This document shows, in pieces, positions 1-12,280 of a DNA stretch of 64,000 nt. The stretch spans positions 3,288,171 through 3,352,170 of the forward strand of contig BFEA01000030.1 in NCBI GenBank assembly GCA_003427395.1. Reading direction: 5' to 3'. The notes below the pieces were generated by a model. That model was given only the letters and a program-made list of their open reading frames with translations, had not been told where the DNA came from and did no database searches. The position numbers and the translations under genes are program-made. Within the stretch, counting starts at the first letter, position 1. Each line of letters begins with the position of its first letter. This DNA is from Chara braunii. Taxonomy: Eukaryota; Plantae; Charophyceae.

Positions 1-456
1 GGGGGCGCAGGGGGTATGGGGTGTTTGGGGGCGAAGGGGGGTTCCCTTCGTTTTGTTCGCAAAGGGTGTGGAGCTGTACAATTTCGCGGTTGTTGGAGGA
101 TATGACACGCCAAGACAGAGAAGGTGAAATCACGTGTCACCGTCGACGACGCCTTTTTCCACTGAGCGGAAATGACATTGTGGCAGCTCCGTGCGCGGAA
201 GGAGTGTCCACTCCTGCGCAACCCAACCCGCATAAATGCAATCCGCAGGAGGGTGTTTCTTGTACAGAAGCCCGCTGCGCCTGCTTCGCCGTGGCTCTTG
301 TATTCCTCTCGCTGCGCGCGCTGCACCGTGTCTAGAGGGTGTTTCCAGCACAGAAGCCCGCCGCGCATGCTCCGCCATTGTAGCCATCTGGAGACGTGGA
401 GAGCGGTCGTCATTCTTCTCGGAGCGGGTCATACTCACCGCCACGCCTGCAGACCA

Positions 457-790
457 CCGCCGTAAAGCTTCTCGCCACGCTACGTCGCCCTTCTCGCCGT
501 AAAGCTTCTCGCCGCGGAGCAATCTCACCGCGCTACGTCGCCCTTCTCGCCGTAAAGCTTCTCACCGCGGAGCAATCTCGCCGCGCTACGTCGCCCTTCT
601 CGCCGTAAAGCTTCTCGCCGTAAAGCTTCTCACCGCGCTACGTCGCCCTTCTCGCCGTAAAGCTTCTTGTCGTGAAGCTTCTCGCCGCGGAGCAATCTCG
701 CCCCGCTACGTCGCCCTTCTCGCCGTGAAGCTTCTCGTCGCCGTTCCCGCCCTTCCCACCGTAAATCTTCTCGCCGTAAAGCGTCGCCGA
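457..790. repeat. GC-rich minisatellite built from GCCGTAAAGCTTCTC / GCCGCGGAGCAATCTC / GCCGCGCTACGTCGCCCTTCTC blocks
   Basis: About 6 imperfect tandem units of ~36-55 bp read directly from the sequence. Confidence 0.9.
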
Positions 791-1417
791 AGGACGGTTC
801 TTCTGCGTCAGCGGGGTCATCGCCCTTCTACCCTGCACGTCTGCGTCGTCGTCTTCTGCCCTACCGTTGAGGATTCTTCCTCGTCGTCGCCGCGCCGCAG
901 CACATCGCTGGGAGATAGGAACGGTGGTCGGCGAAGCGCTTCCAAGTGTTGAAAGGAGGGGCAAAAGGTTGTCACCACAGATCCGCGGCCAGCATGTCGA
1001 CGCGAGGGAGTGCCCGTGGCACGAAGCGCGATGCCGCAGCCGTCGTCGGGCTTGCGCAGGCGAAAGGTCGGCGCCATATCCCGAAATCGAAGAAGGTGCG
1101 CTCCGGTGAAGCGTCAGGAAACGTGCCTGCTCGTGGTTCCGAAGGTTGGGCAGCCGCAGCGGAAATGGAGTCTGACGACGACTTCGGGATGGAGGAACCG
1201 TAGGCGGAGGCGACGGCATCAGCGGTGCGACAAAGCGCTCACCAGCGAGCTTCTGATCACAGCGCGTCGAAGAGGATGCTCTCCCCTGCACCCGAGGCGC
1301 AACAGGTGCATGGCCTCGATGCAAGACAAGGCTGTCGTCATTGTGGCGGAAGGCGATGATGACGAGACGTTGGAAAGCCGTCGCTAGCGCAATCTTGCAC
1401 AAGATTCCGCAGCCCCG

Positions 1418-2450
1418 TTGATGACTACACGCCTCCCGAAAAAGGAAGTCGTGCCAGAGCGACGCGCAATCGAGGGCGAGGCGGCAGGCGCTGCGGGCGG
1501 GACCTCCACAGTGAGCTCGGCCCCCGTGGCGACGACGAGAGAGGAGGCAGCAGCTGCGGCGACGGCGAGAGAGGACGCGCGTGGAGAGAAGACAACCGAT
1601 CGGGAGGGCGGCGATGTTGGTCCGAGCCGGGTGCACAAGGAAACCATGAGCAGAGAGCTCATCGATTGCGCCCTACTCTGGGTGGATGACAAAGCGTTCT
1701 GGACGACGGGGGAGGGGCGAAGATTGTACAACATCATTCACGATACGCATGAATACTTCGTCGCCATCGCCAGCGGCCTTCCAGCGACTGTCGTCTCTCG
1801 CGGCGTCATCCTGCCGAAGTCGAGCACCAAGGTAGCCAAGATCTCCGACCCATCGCAGCTGCAGCAAGCGATCTCCCGTGCGGCGAAAGTGGAGAACGTG
1901 GCTTTGCGCGTCCTGCACAGCTGGGTTTTCAAGTCCGGCAACCGCGCAAGGGGGTACAACCTGGCTTACCAGTACGCACTGGAGCGCGCGTGCTATGTGG
2001 TACGCCGAGGACTGGTCCAACGTCGTCAGCGCGCCCATCTGCGGCCACACGATAGATCTCAACATGGACTTGCCACTGTGGTTCGTAGGCGCCCATATCG
2101 ACGACAGACCCGACGACGACGACATGGCGGCGTACCAGGAGTCGACCGTCATCTGCATCGCCCAAGCATTCCGCGCGGCGGTGCAGATGGGAGCGCACAT
2201 TGACGGCGATTTCATCTCCTACGACCGTCTTTGTCGGGTGGCTGACTGCTTCAGACTTTTGTTGGCGGCGCCAATGTGGATAATGCGCATGGCGGGAGAC
2301 GACTTCCACAGCCACTACGAGGCGTTCTACTCCGTCAACTTGCCTGGCCAGGCCTACACTGGTCGCGTCCATGCATCGCTCCTTCGACCATAGACGATCC
2401 GTCGTCCGCGCCGTGAAAGCGGTTGTTATAGTCCTCGAACATGTCCACGT
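1418..2450 (+). pseudogene. Frameshifted ORF remnant, probably the accessory (non-transposase) gene of the adjacent Harbinger element
   Basis: Protein-like reading RELIDCALLWVDDKAFWTTGEGRRLYNIIHDTHEYF...GYNLAYQYALE shifts near 1985 into ARAMWYAEDWSNVVSAPICGHTIDL. It converges on the transposase, as two-gene Harbingers often do. No Myb/SANT motif is visible, so the identity is inferred. Confidence 0.45.
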
Positions 2451-2492
2451 GGCACATCGACGTGAGGGGCTTCACCGCGGTTGGACCGTTGC

Positions 2493-2529
<37 letters not shown>

Positions 2530-3903
2530 CCAAACAGGGCTGTTGAGAGTGGTTGCGCAGGTGGAAGTGGCTGGGCGTCATGGGCGTCGCATGGAACTGG
2601 GACGATGCGTGCTGCGCGACTGTTTAGTGCGGGGGTAGGAGGGATTCCCCCGGAGCGTCGTCGGTGGCGAAGCTGTATAGTGTGTTGGTCGTGGCACGAC
2701 AACGGGTTCACTGGACTCGATCGTGCATGNGGAGGTTAGTGTAGGTGTTTAGCTTGTCTGTCGTTGTAGCCGACGACGGCTTCATTACTTCGAAACGTGT
2801 TTTGTGTTTCTATCATCGCAGTTACCTGCGGAAGAACTTCATAGCGCTTGCAGCGCACACTTTTTATCTTGTGACGTGTCCCTTCTTCTCGTGTCTTTNN
2901 NNNNNNNNNNNNNNNNNNNNNNNNNNNNNNNNNNNNNNNNNNNNNNNNNNNNNNNNNNNNNNNNNNNNNNNNNNNNNNNNNNNNNNNNNNNNNNNNNNNN
3001 NNNNNNNNNNNNNNNNNNNNNNNNNNNNNNNNNNNNNNNNNNNNNNNNNNNNNNNNNNNNNNNNNNNNNNNNNNNNNNNNNNNNNNNNNNNNNNNNNNNN
3101 NNNNNNNNNNNNNNNNNNNNNNNNNNNNNNNNNNNNNNNNNNNNNNNNNNNNNNNNNNNNNNNNNNNNNNNNNNNNNNNNNNNNNNNNNNNNNNNNNNNN
3201 NNNNNNNNNNNNNNNNNNNNNNNNNNNNNNNNNNNNNNNNNNNNNNNNNNNNNNNNNNNNNNNNNNNNNNNNNNNNNNNNNNNNNNNNNNNNNNNNNNNN
3301 NNNNNNNNNNNNNNNNNNNNNNNNNNNNNNNNNNNNNNNNNNNNNNNNNNNNNNNNNNNNNNNNNNNNNNNNNNNNNNNNNNNNNNNNNNNNNNNNNNNN
3401 NNNNNNNNNNNNNNNNNNNNNNNNNNNNNNNNNNNNNNNNNNNNNNNNNNNNNNNNNNNNNNNNNNNNNNNNNNNNNNNNNNNNNNNNNNNNNNNNNNNN
3501 NNNNNNNNNNNNNNNNNNNNNNNNNNNNNNNNNNNNNNNNNNNNNNNNNNNNNNNNNNNNNNNNNNNNNNNNNNNNNNNNNNNNNNNNNNNNNNNNNNNN
3601 NNNNNNNNNAAACATTCCATGAACCACGACGAATGTCCAAAACGTGGCGAACGCCGTTGAAGACAAGAAAAATGGAACAAAACGAAAAAGAAAATGAGCG
3701 AAGAGAAAAAAAAAAAAAGGTTATTCCAATTTCAAAGCTTCGCACAACCGTGCGAGCCACCAAAATCTGTCTGCACGACGACACCTAGAAAAAATAACTC
3801 AACGGCGGCAACAAAGCCGCCATTACATCCACCCAGTGCATGCGCAGACGACGACGAAGGACACGGAGCATGCCACACTACCACCCGCCTGCCGATCAGA
3901 CCA

Positions 3904-3934
<31 letters not shown>

Positions 3935-3949
3935 CCTCTCCGCGAGGGC

Positions 3950-4666
3950 CTACATCAAAGCCAGGCGGTCGCGAAGCGCATTCCGCAACAACTCCCCCTC
4001 GACGTTGGAGCTCTGTGGCCGCCCACCTCCGCCGCCCCCGACAATGCCCAAGTCCACTCTGCGCCTGACGCCGTCCGGACCCACCTCCCATAACAGGTTC
4101 TCATCGAAGTCGATCCCCGCATCGAGGAGGATGTTGTGGAGAGTGCAGACGGCGACGAATTGCTGTGGCAATGTTTCCAGGTTCGTCTTGTGGGTGCGCA
4201 AGAACAGACGCCACATGCACTTCAGTCGGCCGAACGCCCTCTCCACACACCCCCGCGCCACCTTCTGTCGGTTGTCGAAGCGCTCCTCGTCAGGACCTTG
4301 GTCTATTCCTCCATACGGCTGCACGATCCATGGACAGGCAACAGGATAACCGTTGTCATCGCTTTGCCGGAGGTCCTCCCATGTTCCGCCAGTACGTCGT
4401 TTGATCCACCATCGCGGGGTCTGCCGGGGGAAAACGCCAGACGACAGCGCGGCACACAACTGGACCACTGCCTCACACGTCGCCACGCAATCCGCCGCTT
4501 TGGCAACGCTCTGCAACAGCGCTCGTCATTTACGGAGCTGCTTCGCCACGTCTCGTGACGACGACGACATCTCGTTCATCGTCTTCAGGACGACGGTAGA
4601 CACCGCCATCGCCACCGCTTCCATCTCTTCCGCCCGCAAACCGTGGCCGCAGCCTCCGCCATCCAT
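3950..4666 (-). pseudogene. PIF/Harbinger (HARBI1-like, DDE_Tnp_4) transposase, internally deleted, one premature stop
   Basis: C-terminal motifs DNGYP..W...PY, E..F...Q..AR..VERAFGRLK..WR.F and C.LHN are diagnostic. N-terminal part (MDGGG...PRWWIKRRTGGTW) is in the same frame, with a TGA at 4526-4528. Confidence 0.9.
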
Positions 4667-5780
4667 CTCCTCAAATCGCTTACCCGCCACACCTTCGCTC
4701 CTGCCGCAACCGCCCAAGACACGCCCGCTGCTCAACGTTGCCACTGGACACCACGCACACTGTGTGACCCGTAGACGTCCCGCAGCTGTGCACTACCTCA
4801 GGAGATGGAACAAGCGCGATGCCGAAGACGCGCCCGCTGCTCTACGCTTCCACAGCGAAGGCGACGGCACGTCCGTACGTGAAGATGCGCCGAGCAGGAA
4901 GATGCGTCGCGCGCCTCACAATTCCCGCATACAGCAAAGCTGGTTACCCACGGCGAAGGGGCCGCCACCGCCGTGTCTTGTACGTCACACGCGTCGCCTT
5001 GCCGTCCTCCAGCCCGCCAGCCTGCGTCCGCCAAAATTCGAATTTCAAATTTTGAGGGTCTCGGCAACCGCGCGCTTCACCAACCCGTCGGCAGCCGCCC
5101 AAGCCCCACCGCAGTGTGGACCACGGACACCAGCCAGGACTGGACGGACATCCGCGACGCGGCTGNNNNNNNNNNNNNNNNNNNNNNNNNNNNNNNNNNN
5201 NNNNNNNNNNNNNNNNNNNNNNNNNNNNNNNNNNNNNNNNNNNNNNNNNNNNNNNNNNNNNNNNNNNNNNNNNNNNNNNNNNNNNNNNNNNNNNNNNNNN
5301 NNNNNNNNNNNNNNNNNNNNNNNNNNNNNNNNNNNNNNNNNNNNNNNNNNNNNNNNNNNNNNNNNNNNNNNNNNNNNNNNNNNNNNNNNNNNNNNNNNNN
5401 NNNNNNNNNNNNNNNNNNNNNNNNNNNNNNNNNNNNNNNNNNNNNNNNNNNNNNNNNNNNNNNNNNNNNNNNNNNNNNNNNNNNNNNNNNNNNNNNNNNN
5501 NNNNNNNNNNNNNNNNNNNNNNNNNNNNNNNNNNNNNNNNNNNNNNNNNNNNNNNNNNNNNNNNNNNNNNNNNNNNNNNNNNNNNNNNNNNNNNNNNNNN
5601 NNNNNNNNNNNNNNNNNNNNNNNNNNNNNNNNNNNNNNNNNNNNNNNNNNNNNNNNNNNNNNNNNNNNNNNNNNNNNNNNNNNNNNNNNNNNNNNNNNNN
5701 NNNNNNNNNNNNNNNNNNNNNNNNNNNNNNNNNNNNNNNNNNNNNNNNNNNNNNNNNNNNNNNNNNNNNNNNNNNNNNNN

Positions 5781-6060
5781 AAAAAAAAAAAAAAAAAAAT
5801 CCAAAAAAAATCCGAGAAAAAAACTATGTTATGCAGAAAAATAAACTGAACAACTTTTGTCTCATGGTCGCATCGAAATTCTTCACCAAATTAAAAAATA
5901 TATATATCGTCACATATATATCGTCACAAATAGAACTGCCCGGTAAACCGTAGGCAGAGAGAGAGAAGAGGACAACAAACGAGGGGCTGTTATTATTATT
6001 ATTATTATTTTTACTTTTTTGGCCCGGCCGGGCAATTGACCCCGGGCCACTCTGGTAGCC
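5781..6060 (+). mobile_element. MITE (GGCTACCAG family), left end lost in the N gap
   Basis: Colinear with the complete copy at 17893-18179; ends ...CTGGTAGCC followed by TAG. Confidence 0.75.
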
Positions 6061-8491
6061 TAGAAAAATACTGATTAACATTTTTTGACAGAACACGCTC
6101 GGGAGGCATTCGGCCAAACACCCAAACATGTTTGGGGGTTCGGAAAGGCTCCTCCGAACGTGTTCGGTGTGCTACACAGCTGGAGACCACACAACACACA
6201 GGACCAGCCTCATCACAGAAGGCCGGTGGAAGCGCCAGACGAACTGGAGAGATTAAATTTACCGTTACTGTTATCGAGTATAAAATTTTACCCGCAGGGT
6301 TGTATCAGCATCGACCATGGATGCCAATCCCTGGTTTAGTTCATTCAGCAATAATAACTTTTTGACTGTGGCATGTTATCCTGTCGGACTTACATGCCGG
6401 TGTACTTCGTATTTGCTATTTCTTCTTTAGATGTCAATAGCACTACAACAGTAGGTTGGCCTAGTACTTCCAAATATGCTTTTCCAGATGCAGCTTGAAT
6501 GGTTACCTATGAAGTTTCTACACTGACAACCCCTGGCACCATTTTACACAGGGGATGTTAAAACATGTGTTGCTTATGCACAGTAGGCAGGGGAATATCG
6601 ACAGAGGTCACGCAATCTTTTGACACATTGGGGTTTGAAAATGATGTTCGGCACGGCGTTGAGAGTTCTTTAACCCACCAGTACTCCAGGGGGTCTTAGG
6701 CCCCCCCTCTGAGGAGGCTCTGAGGCAAATGCATATGGACCTGCATGGCGCACCGATTCAGCCACCGCGTTAACGGCCTAAAAACGTGGAGGTACTGGTG
6801 GTTTTAAGTTGTTGGGCCTCCTCTTACCCTGGAAGACTTCTCCCTTTATACAATGGGTTCCCCCGATCGCGCTAGTGATACTGTGAACGATAGTCCAGTA
6901 AGGTCCTCTCTTCTTGAGGTGGATGAATGCATGATTGACGTACGCCAGTTCACCATTCATATTTGTCCTCATTTCTGCGACTTGTTCTGGATTTGGTCGA
7001 CTTGACGAGGCTTGTCTGAAAGCGCTTGTGGGAACTTTCCTTCGCCATAACCTGGCATTTGAAATGTGACTTGGAACCCTCCTCTCGTCTCCCAAAATTA
7101 TTTACACTCTTATCTTATTCACAGAATTCTCCTTTGTCCTTTTAGACGAAATCTAAATGATTCTTGGTTGTCAGCATCCTGTCTGCCTTAGGGCCTCGCC
7201 ACACCACCTAACAACGAGTGCATTTCCACAGCAGTTGGCAAGATACATCCATCACTATCCATAGTAACGGACGTATCATGCCGCCTTCTGTGGAGAGATA
7301 CGCGCTTAGTTTTTGAGTTTGGTGAGTGTTGCACAAACCCTTAATCTGACTGGGCACATAATTCACTTGAGAAATATGTGTGACTTCTAGGAACGATTCT
7401 GGCTTCTTTTCACACTCTCCTTCACATGCACTCCCTCAATTTGCATGCACGCCCTTGCCCTGACCGTGAACATCCCCCATTCTGAGAGTCTGAGACCCTG
7501 ACTGACGCCTTAGGACAACCCTTACCTTGACAGGCTGATACTCCAGCATTTGAGATGGATGGTCTCCCCCCCATCCCAAGGGTCTGAGACCCCAACTGGC
7601 ACCCAGGACACCCCTCTCTTATCCTGATACACTGTGGCTTCAGGATATAGCTCAACAATCTCGCACAGGGTGTGAGTACAAGCACACCACCCTGCATTCA
7701 GGCACACATAACTGAACCAGCGGTCCAGCTGGGGTTGGCAAGCCCTAGACTAACTTTCCCATTTATATCATAGACCTCCACAATGGATGTCCCAATCCCA
7801 AGCTCATATGGTCGACTCAATCACAAAGACAGGATTTTCTTTTATATGTTCCAACGACCGCACCGTCCTGCCGTCCAGAGGATTTATTTTTTTTCTGTTC
7901 CAGCCTCAACATCGAATGGGAAGTTATCACCACCCTTACCGAAGCCAATCCTACAGCGGCCTACAACGACACTGCAGAGGAAAATTGGAAAAGGACGAGG
8001 GATCTAGCCACAAATTCGATGACTAAAAGACAAAGGAGTCCAGGTGACGTGACTAAGCATTTATCATCATGCCGTAGACCGCAAGTTAGAAGTCTTGGGA
8101 TCTCGCTACACTACTTTCGAAATGTAATAAATGAGAACGAATCTTCGCTAGAACTTGAAAATATCACCGGCATGTTTTGTCTTTTGTGCACGTCGAGAGT
8201 AGTGGGGCGAGGCCCTTGGACACGTAGGCCGGACGATGAACAAACCAGGTTCTCGGCACATCAGCATCTGATGCCGAGGCAACTCATCGAACCGGCCCGG
8301 GAAACTCACGAAATGGTCACTTCCAAAAGACTGATAAAAAAAAAAAAAAACGTGTACACAAAAGCCTTCACCATCCTAGCACTCCACAGCGTTTAAGATC
8401 AGGTCAATATGTCACAGTGCACAAAATTGGGCCAGTGAAGGAGCACTGTATGCCCAATGGACAAGTTCAAGGCCAATTCTAGGACGATGAT

Positions 8492-9063
8492 CAAGATTGT
8501 GACATCAGTCCTCTGCCGAGAAAAAGAGAAAACCAACTTCCTTTCCGTCTCCGCATAATGATAACCACGGGGGCAATCAAAGGCACTCACCGTCACCACC
8601 AGGCTCCGTTGCTTGGTTTCAACAGTCGGACCGTGCATGATGAGACGGCCAACGCTTCCACGTGTCCATCACTAATTCCCTTGCAAGATTGTGAAATCAA
8701 TCCTCTACTGAGAAAAAGAGAAAAACTACCATCCTTGGCACCTCCTCATAGTTATCACCACGGGAGCAATCAAAATCACTCACCGTCACCACCAGGCTCC
8801 ATTATTTGGTTTCAACAGTCGGACCGTGCATGATGAGATGGCCAACGCTTCAACGTGTCCATCACTAATTCCCTTGCAAGATTGTGAAATCAATCCTCTA
8901 CTGAGAAAAAGAGAAAAATTGCCTTCCTTGGCGCCTCCTCATAGTGATAACCACGGGAGCGATCAAAATCACTCACCGTCACCACTAGGCTCCGTTGTTT
9001 GGTTTCAACAGTCGGACCGTGCATGATGAGATGGCCAACACTTCAACGTGTCCATCACTAATT
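8492..9063. repeat. Tandem repeat, 3 x ~193 bp
   Basis: CAAGATTGTGA anchors at 8492, 8684 and 8877; units 2 and 3 nearly identical. Confidence 0.9.
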
Positions 9064-9540
9064 GCCTCGACGAGGCCTCCATCAGTCAATACACACATGT
9101 ACATAGTCCAAATCACTCACGCAAAAAATATCCTCAATGAATGGATGACGTAACTGATTCCTATTCAATCCTTTTTGTCCATCCATAAACTGATAACCGA
9201 ATACAGAACCAAAACCCCCAAAAAAGGACCACCAAACTTAAAGAGCACAAAACAGCTTACCCAAAAAAAGGACCAAACTTAAAGAGCCAAAAACAGCTTC
9301 CTATCCACAAGGTTCTCGGGCGGTGTCTTTTTGCATGTCCCGTATAAGACTAGAATGAGATGGGCAGCTGTTCAGGGTCCCCATTACAATGACTGATGAA
9401 TTTGTCAGTGCTTCCTCTTTTCGGGAGTCGTCCATATGCATTCTTAGAATACTACCTAACATCTTCCACGGAATGCACCACACCCTCATCATGACCGTAT
9501 GCGATCAAAATGACACCTTGTAAGCGTCTATGATCAAGAT

Positions 9541-9870
9541 GCGTTGTGTTTGGGAAGAAGACGGAAAACGAAATCGTTATGGGACCCAGTCAGAGAACTT
9601 GTATATGTCCATGACCATGAGAACATGTATATGTTCATGACCATGGTACAATGTGTTCGGCAGGGAAGACGGTAGAATGGAATCAGTATTGTGCAGACGT
9701 GTGAACTCTCCTTCCAGTTGGTGCGTTGTGTTTGGGGAGAAGACGGAGAACGAAATCGTTATGGGACCAGTCGGAGAACTTGTACATGTCCATGACCATG
9801 GTACAATTTGTTCGGCAGGGAAGATGGTAGAATGGAATCAGTACTGTGCAGACATGTGAACTCTCTTTCC
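9541..9870. repeat. Tandem duplication (~180 bp units) containing right-end fragments of the 105-bp MITE family
   Basis: GCGTTGTGTTTGGG..GAAGACGG and TGTTCGGCAGGGAAGAYGGTAG each occur twice. Confidence 0.7.
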
Positions 9871-10053
9871 AGTTACAGAAGAGATTTGTCAATAGACATT
9901 ACTACGGTGGGTACCCTCCGGGTTAGACATGCGCTATGGGTTCTCTGGCTACCACTACCTTCTTCCCCCAGATACAACGTACCGTCATTGATAGAGCCTG
10001 TATTTAGACTGAAAGATACTACACATGCACTATGGGTTCTCTGGCTACCACTA

Positions 10054-10162
10054 CCTTCTTCCCCTGAATACAACGTACCGTCATTTATAGCTGTATTTAG
10101 ACTGAAAGATACCCCAGCAGATACAGCATTAACGACCGTACATTGTATTTGGGGGAGGAAGG
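10054..10162. mobile_element. 105-bp-family TA-MITE (109-bp copy); left half locally duplicated at ~9927-10020
   Basis: CTA|CCTTCTTCCCCTGAATACAACG ... CATTGTATTTGGGGGAGGAAGG|TAG. Confidence 0.8.
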
Positions 10163-10254
10163 TAGGTACATCAAAATGCATCGGTTGGAATGTCCATGGT
10201 GTCACCTATATTCACACATAGACAGGTTACAAAATCACCGAGCAATTTCCCCCT

Positions 10255-10408
10255 GTTTAAGAGGGCGATGGCCTTGAGATATTATTACCATTGAACTGAC
10301 TTGCCCCAGGTAATTCAATTCAGAAATGACTTTGTTCCGATCATCTGGTCGCATCTGGATTCTAGCGCGGGTCTGTATTGCAACAACAGTTCATGAGTGT
10401 ACCAGCTT
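10255..10408 (-). mobile_element. tRNA-derived SINE copy, head slightly truncated
   Basis: Reverse complement matches both the head (GGTACACTCATGAACTGTTG..ATACAGACC..AATCCAGATGC) and tail (TTCTGAATT..ACCTG..GTCAGTTCAATG..ATATCTCAAGGCCATCGCCCT) of the 12281 copy. Confidence 0.7.
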
Positions 10409-10422
10409 TTCCTTTCCTCTTT

Positions 10423-11082
10423 GGGCCTCGCCACACCTATCCCGAAAACACCGATTTGGAGAGGAGAAGCATCGCCATACCAACTCTCCAAAATCGGTGT
10501 CAGAAAAAAATTGGAGAGCGGCCAGAACGCGGGTTTCGGGAGTGCTCTCGAAGTTTGTGGATCGCCCCGCCTGCAACACACCGGTTTTGAGGAGTGGTCC
10601 GAGGCTCCTCCGATTTCGCCCCCAAATTGGAGAGTGCACCTCGACCGATAAATGTCTGCTGCCACCGTTTTGTCTGGGTTCGCCACACCACTCTCGAAAT
10701 GTGAAAAAGACAAAAAATGTGGCGGGTGCATCTGGCCATGTTTTGGCGAGAAGTTCATTCTCATTTTGCACTTTTCGAGAGTGGTGTGGCGAGGCCCGCC
10801 ACACCGCTCTCGAAATGTGAAAAAGACAAAAAATGTGGCGGGTGCATCTGGCCATGTTCTGGCGAGAAGTTCACTCTCATTTTGCACTTTTCGAGAGTGG
10901 TGTGGCGAGGCCCGTCGTCTGCGCTCTCCAGAAAATGCCGGGCCTCGTCTGAAGAATTGGAGACTGCCGCCTTGGAGAGCGCAGTGTGGCAGCGAGCCCT
11001 CTCGAACGGAAAATTCACATCCTCCTCGTTGGAGAGTCCTCCCGAACTTTTTTGCGTTTTCAGGATAGGTGTGGCGAGGCCC
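10423..11082. mobile_element. Harbinger/Tourist-type non-autonomous element with two internal ~120-bp mini-units
   Basis: 27-bp TIR GGGCCTCGCCACACCTATCCYGAAAAC; TTT on both flanks; tandem inner units at ~10676-10797 and ~10798-10913 carry related TIRs. Confidence 0.8.
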
Positions 11083-11177
11083 TTTCTTTGGGAGGCATAC
11101 GTACCACTTTTTTTTTTTTTTTTTTTTTTTTTTTACCACTTCTACATCTGCCTAAAGATTGGAAAAGACTGAAACTA

Positions 11178-11625
11178 CGGCACAAACGCAAACGTGTCCT
11201 TCTAGACATCTGCCTAAAGATTGGAGAAAAGACCGTGAAACTACGGCAGAACCCCGAACGTCCTTCTGGACATCCGTTCACATTGGAACGATACAGAGTG
11301 TAGCCTCCGTGTAAAGGCTAAAACACACACAACGAGAGACGGTCAAAATCTTCGTCAGCATTTTCTGTCTTTGTTCGTTTGTTTGTTTTATGTGCACACA
11401 CGGCACAAACGCAAACGTGTCCTTCTAGACATCTGCCTAAAGATTGGAGAAAAGACTGTGAAACTACAGCAGAACCGCGAACGTCCTTCTGGACGTCCGT
11501 TCACATTGGAACGACACAGAGTGTAGCCTCCATGTAAAGGCTAAAACGCACACAACGAGAGACTGTCAAAATTTTTGTCAGCATTTTCCGTCTTTATTCG
11601 TTTGCTTGTTTTATGTGCACACACA
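11178..11625. repeat. Tandem duplication of ~223 bp
   Basis: CGGCACAAACGCAAACGTGTCCTTCTAGACATCTGCC starts at ~11178 and 11401. Confidence 0.9.
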
Positions 11626-11666
11626 AACTGAGTCCCCGCCCGGCCAGAGGAAGCCAACGACCAGCA

Positions 11667-11940
11667 GGCCTACCATCTTCCTCCGAATACAACGTGCGGT
11701 CATTATAGCTGTATTCAGGATATCTTTCAGTCTAAATACAGCCATTAATGACCGTACGTTGTATTCGGGGGAAGAAGGTAGCTCAGCTGGGACCCTCATC
11801 AACTGTTGAAATACAGACCTGAGTTCAAACCTCCATTGAACGAGATGAGAACAAAAAAATAGTTCTGAATTACCTGCAGCCGGGGGGCAGTTGGATGATG
11901 ATATCAAGACCGGCATCCCCTTTGTCCAAAAAAAAAAAGG
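11667..11940 (+). mobile_element. tRNA-derived SINE interrupted by a MITE in its A box
   Basis: GGCCTA[MITE]GCTCAGCTGG...GAGTTCAAACC...TTCTGAATTACCTGCAG...GATGATATC...A-tail. Confidence 0.75.
11673..11778. mobile_element. 105-bp-family TA-MITE (106 bp)
   Basis: TIRs CCATCTTCCTCCGAATACAACG / CGTTGTATTCGGGGGAAGAAGG; TA duplication shown by the empty sites in other SINE copies. Confidence 0.9.
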
Positions 11941-12280
11941 AAAAACTATAGTCCTCCGCTTGATAGCCCTGATCGGGAGAAGTAGGGTCTTTGGCCCGCA
12001 CGGGTGTGTGTGAGTGTGAGTGGGTTGTGTGTGGAGTCAGGGAGCGTGTTGGCCTTACGGGACGATGAAAAGGGGGGCGCAGCAACACTGGCAAAATGCA
12101 ATGCTCGGTCTTTGCGTTAGCCGGACCCCCACGGGCGGCCCCGCCCTACTCCCTGACTACCGCTGTTCGGACTGGGGTCAACATGCACTCCCTTCATTCT
12201 GAGGTAGCTATACTTGCAGGGGGGCCCTGTACAGCCCCAGTAGTACTAGGGCCCTGTATAGCCCCAGGAGAAGACCAACG

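Noticed and set aside
2736-5953. Long ORFs spanning N runs (also at 44.5-45.1 kb and 57.2-57.9 kb)
   Set aside because: Artefacts of translating assembly gaps
6370-7780. Decayed coding sequence on the minus strand
   Set aside because: Short ORFs without identifiable domains
8492-9063. Tandemly duplicated exon-intron units on the minus strand (TTTTCTCAG acceptor and GTGAGT donor in each repeat)
   Set aside because: All three frames of the putative exon contain a stop codon
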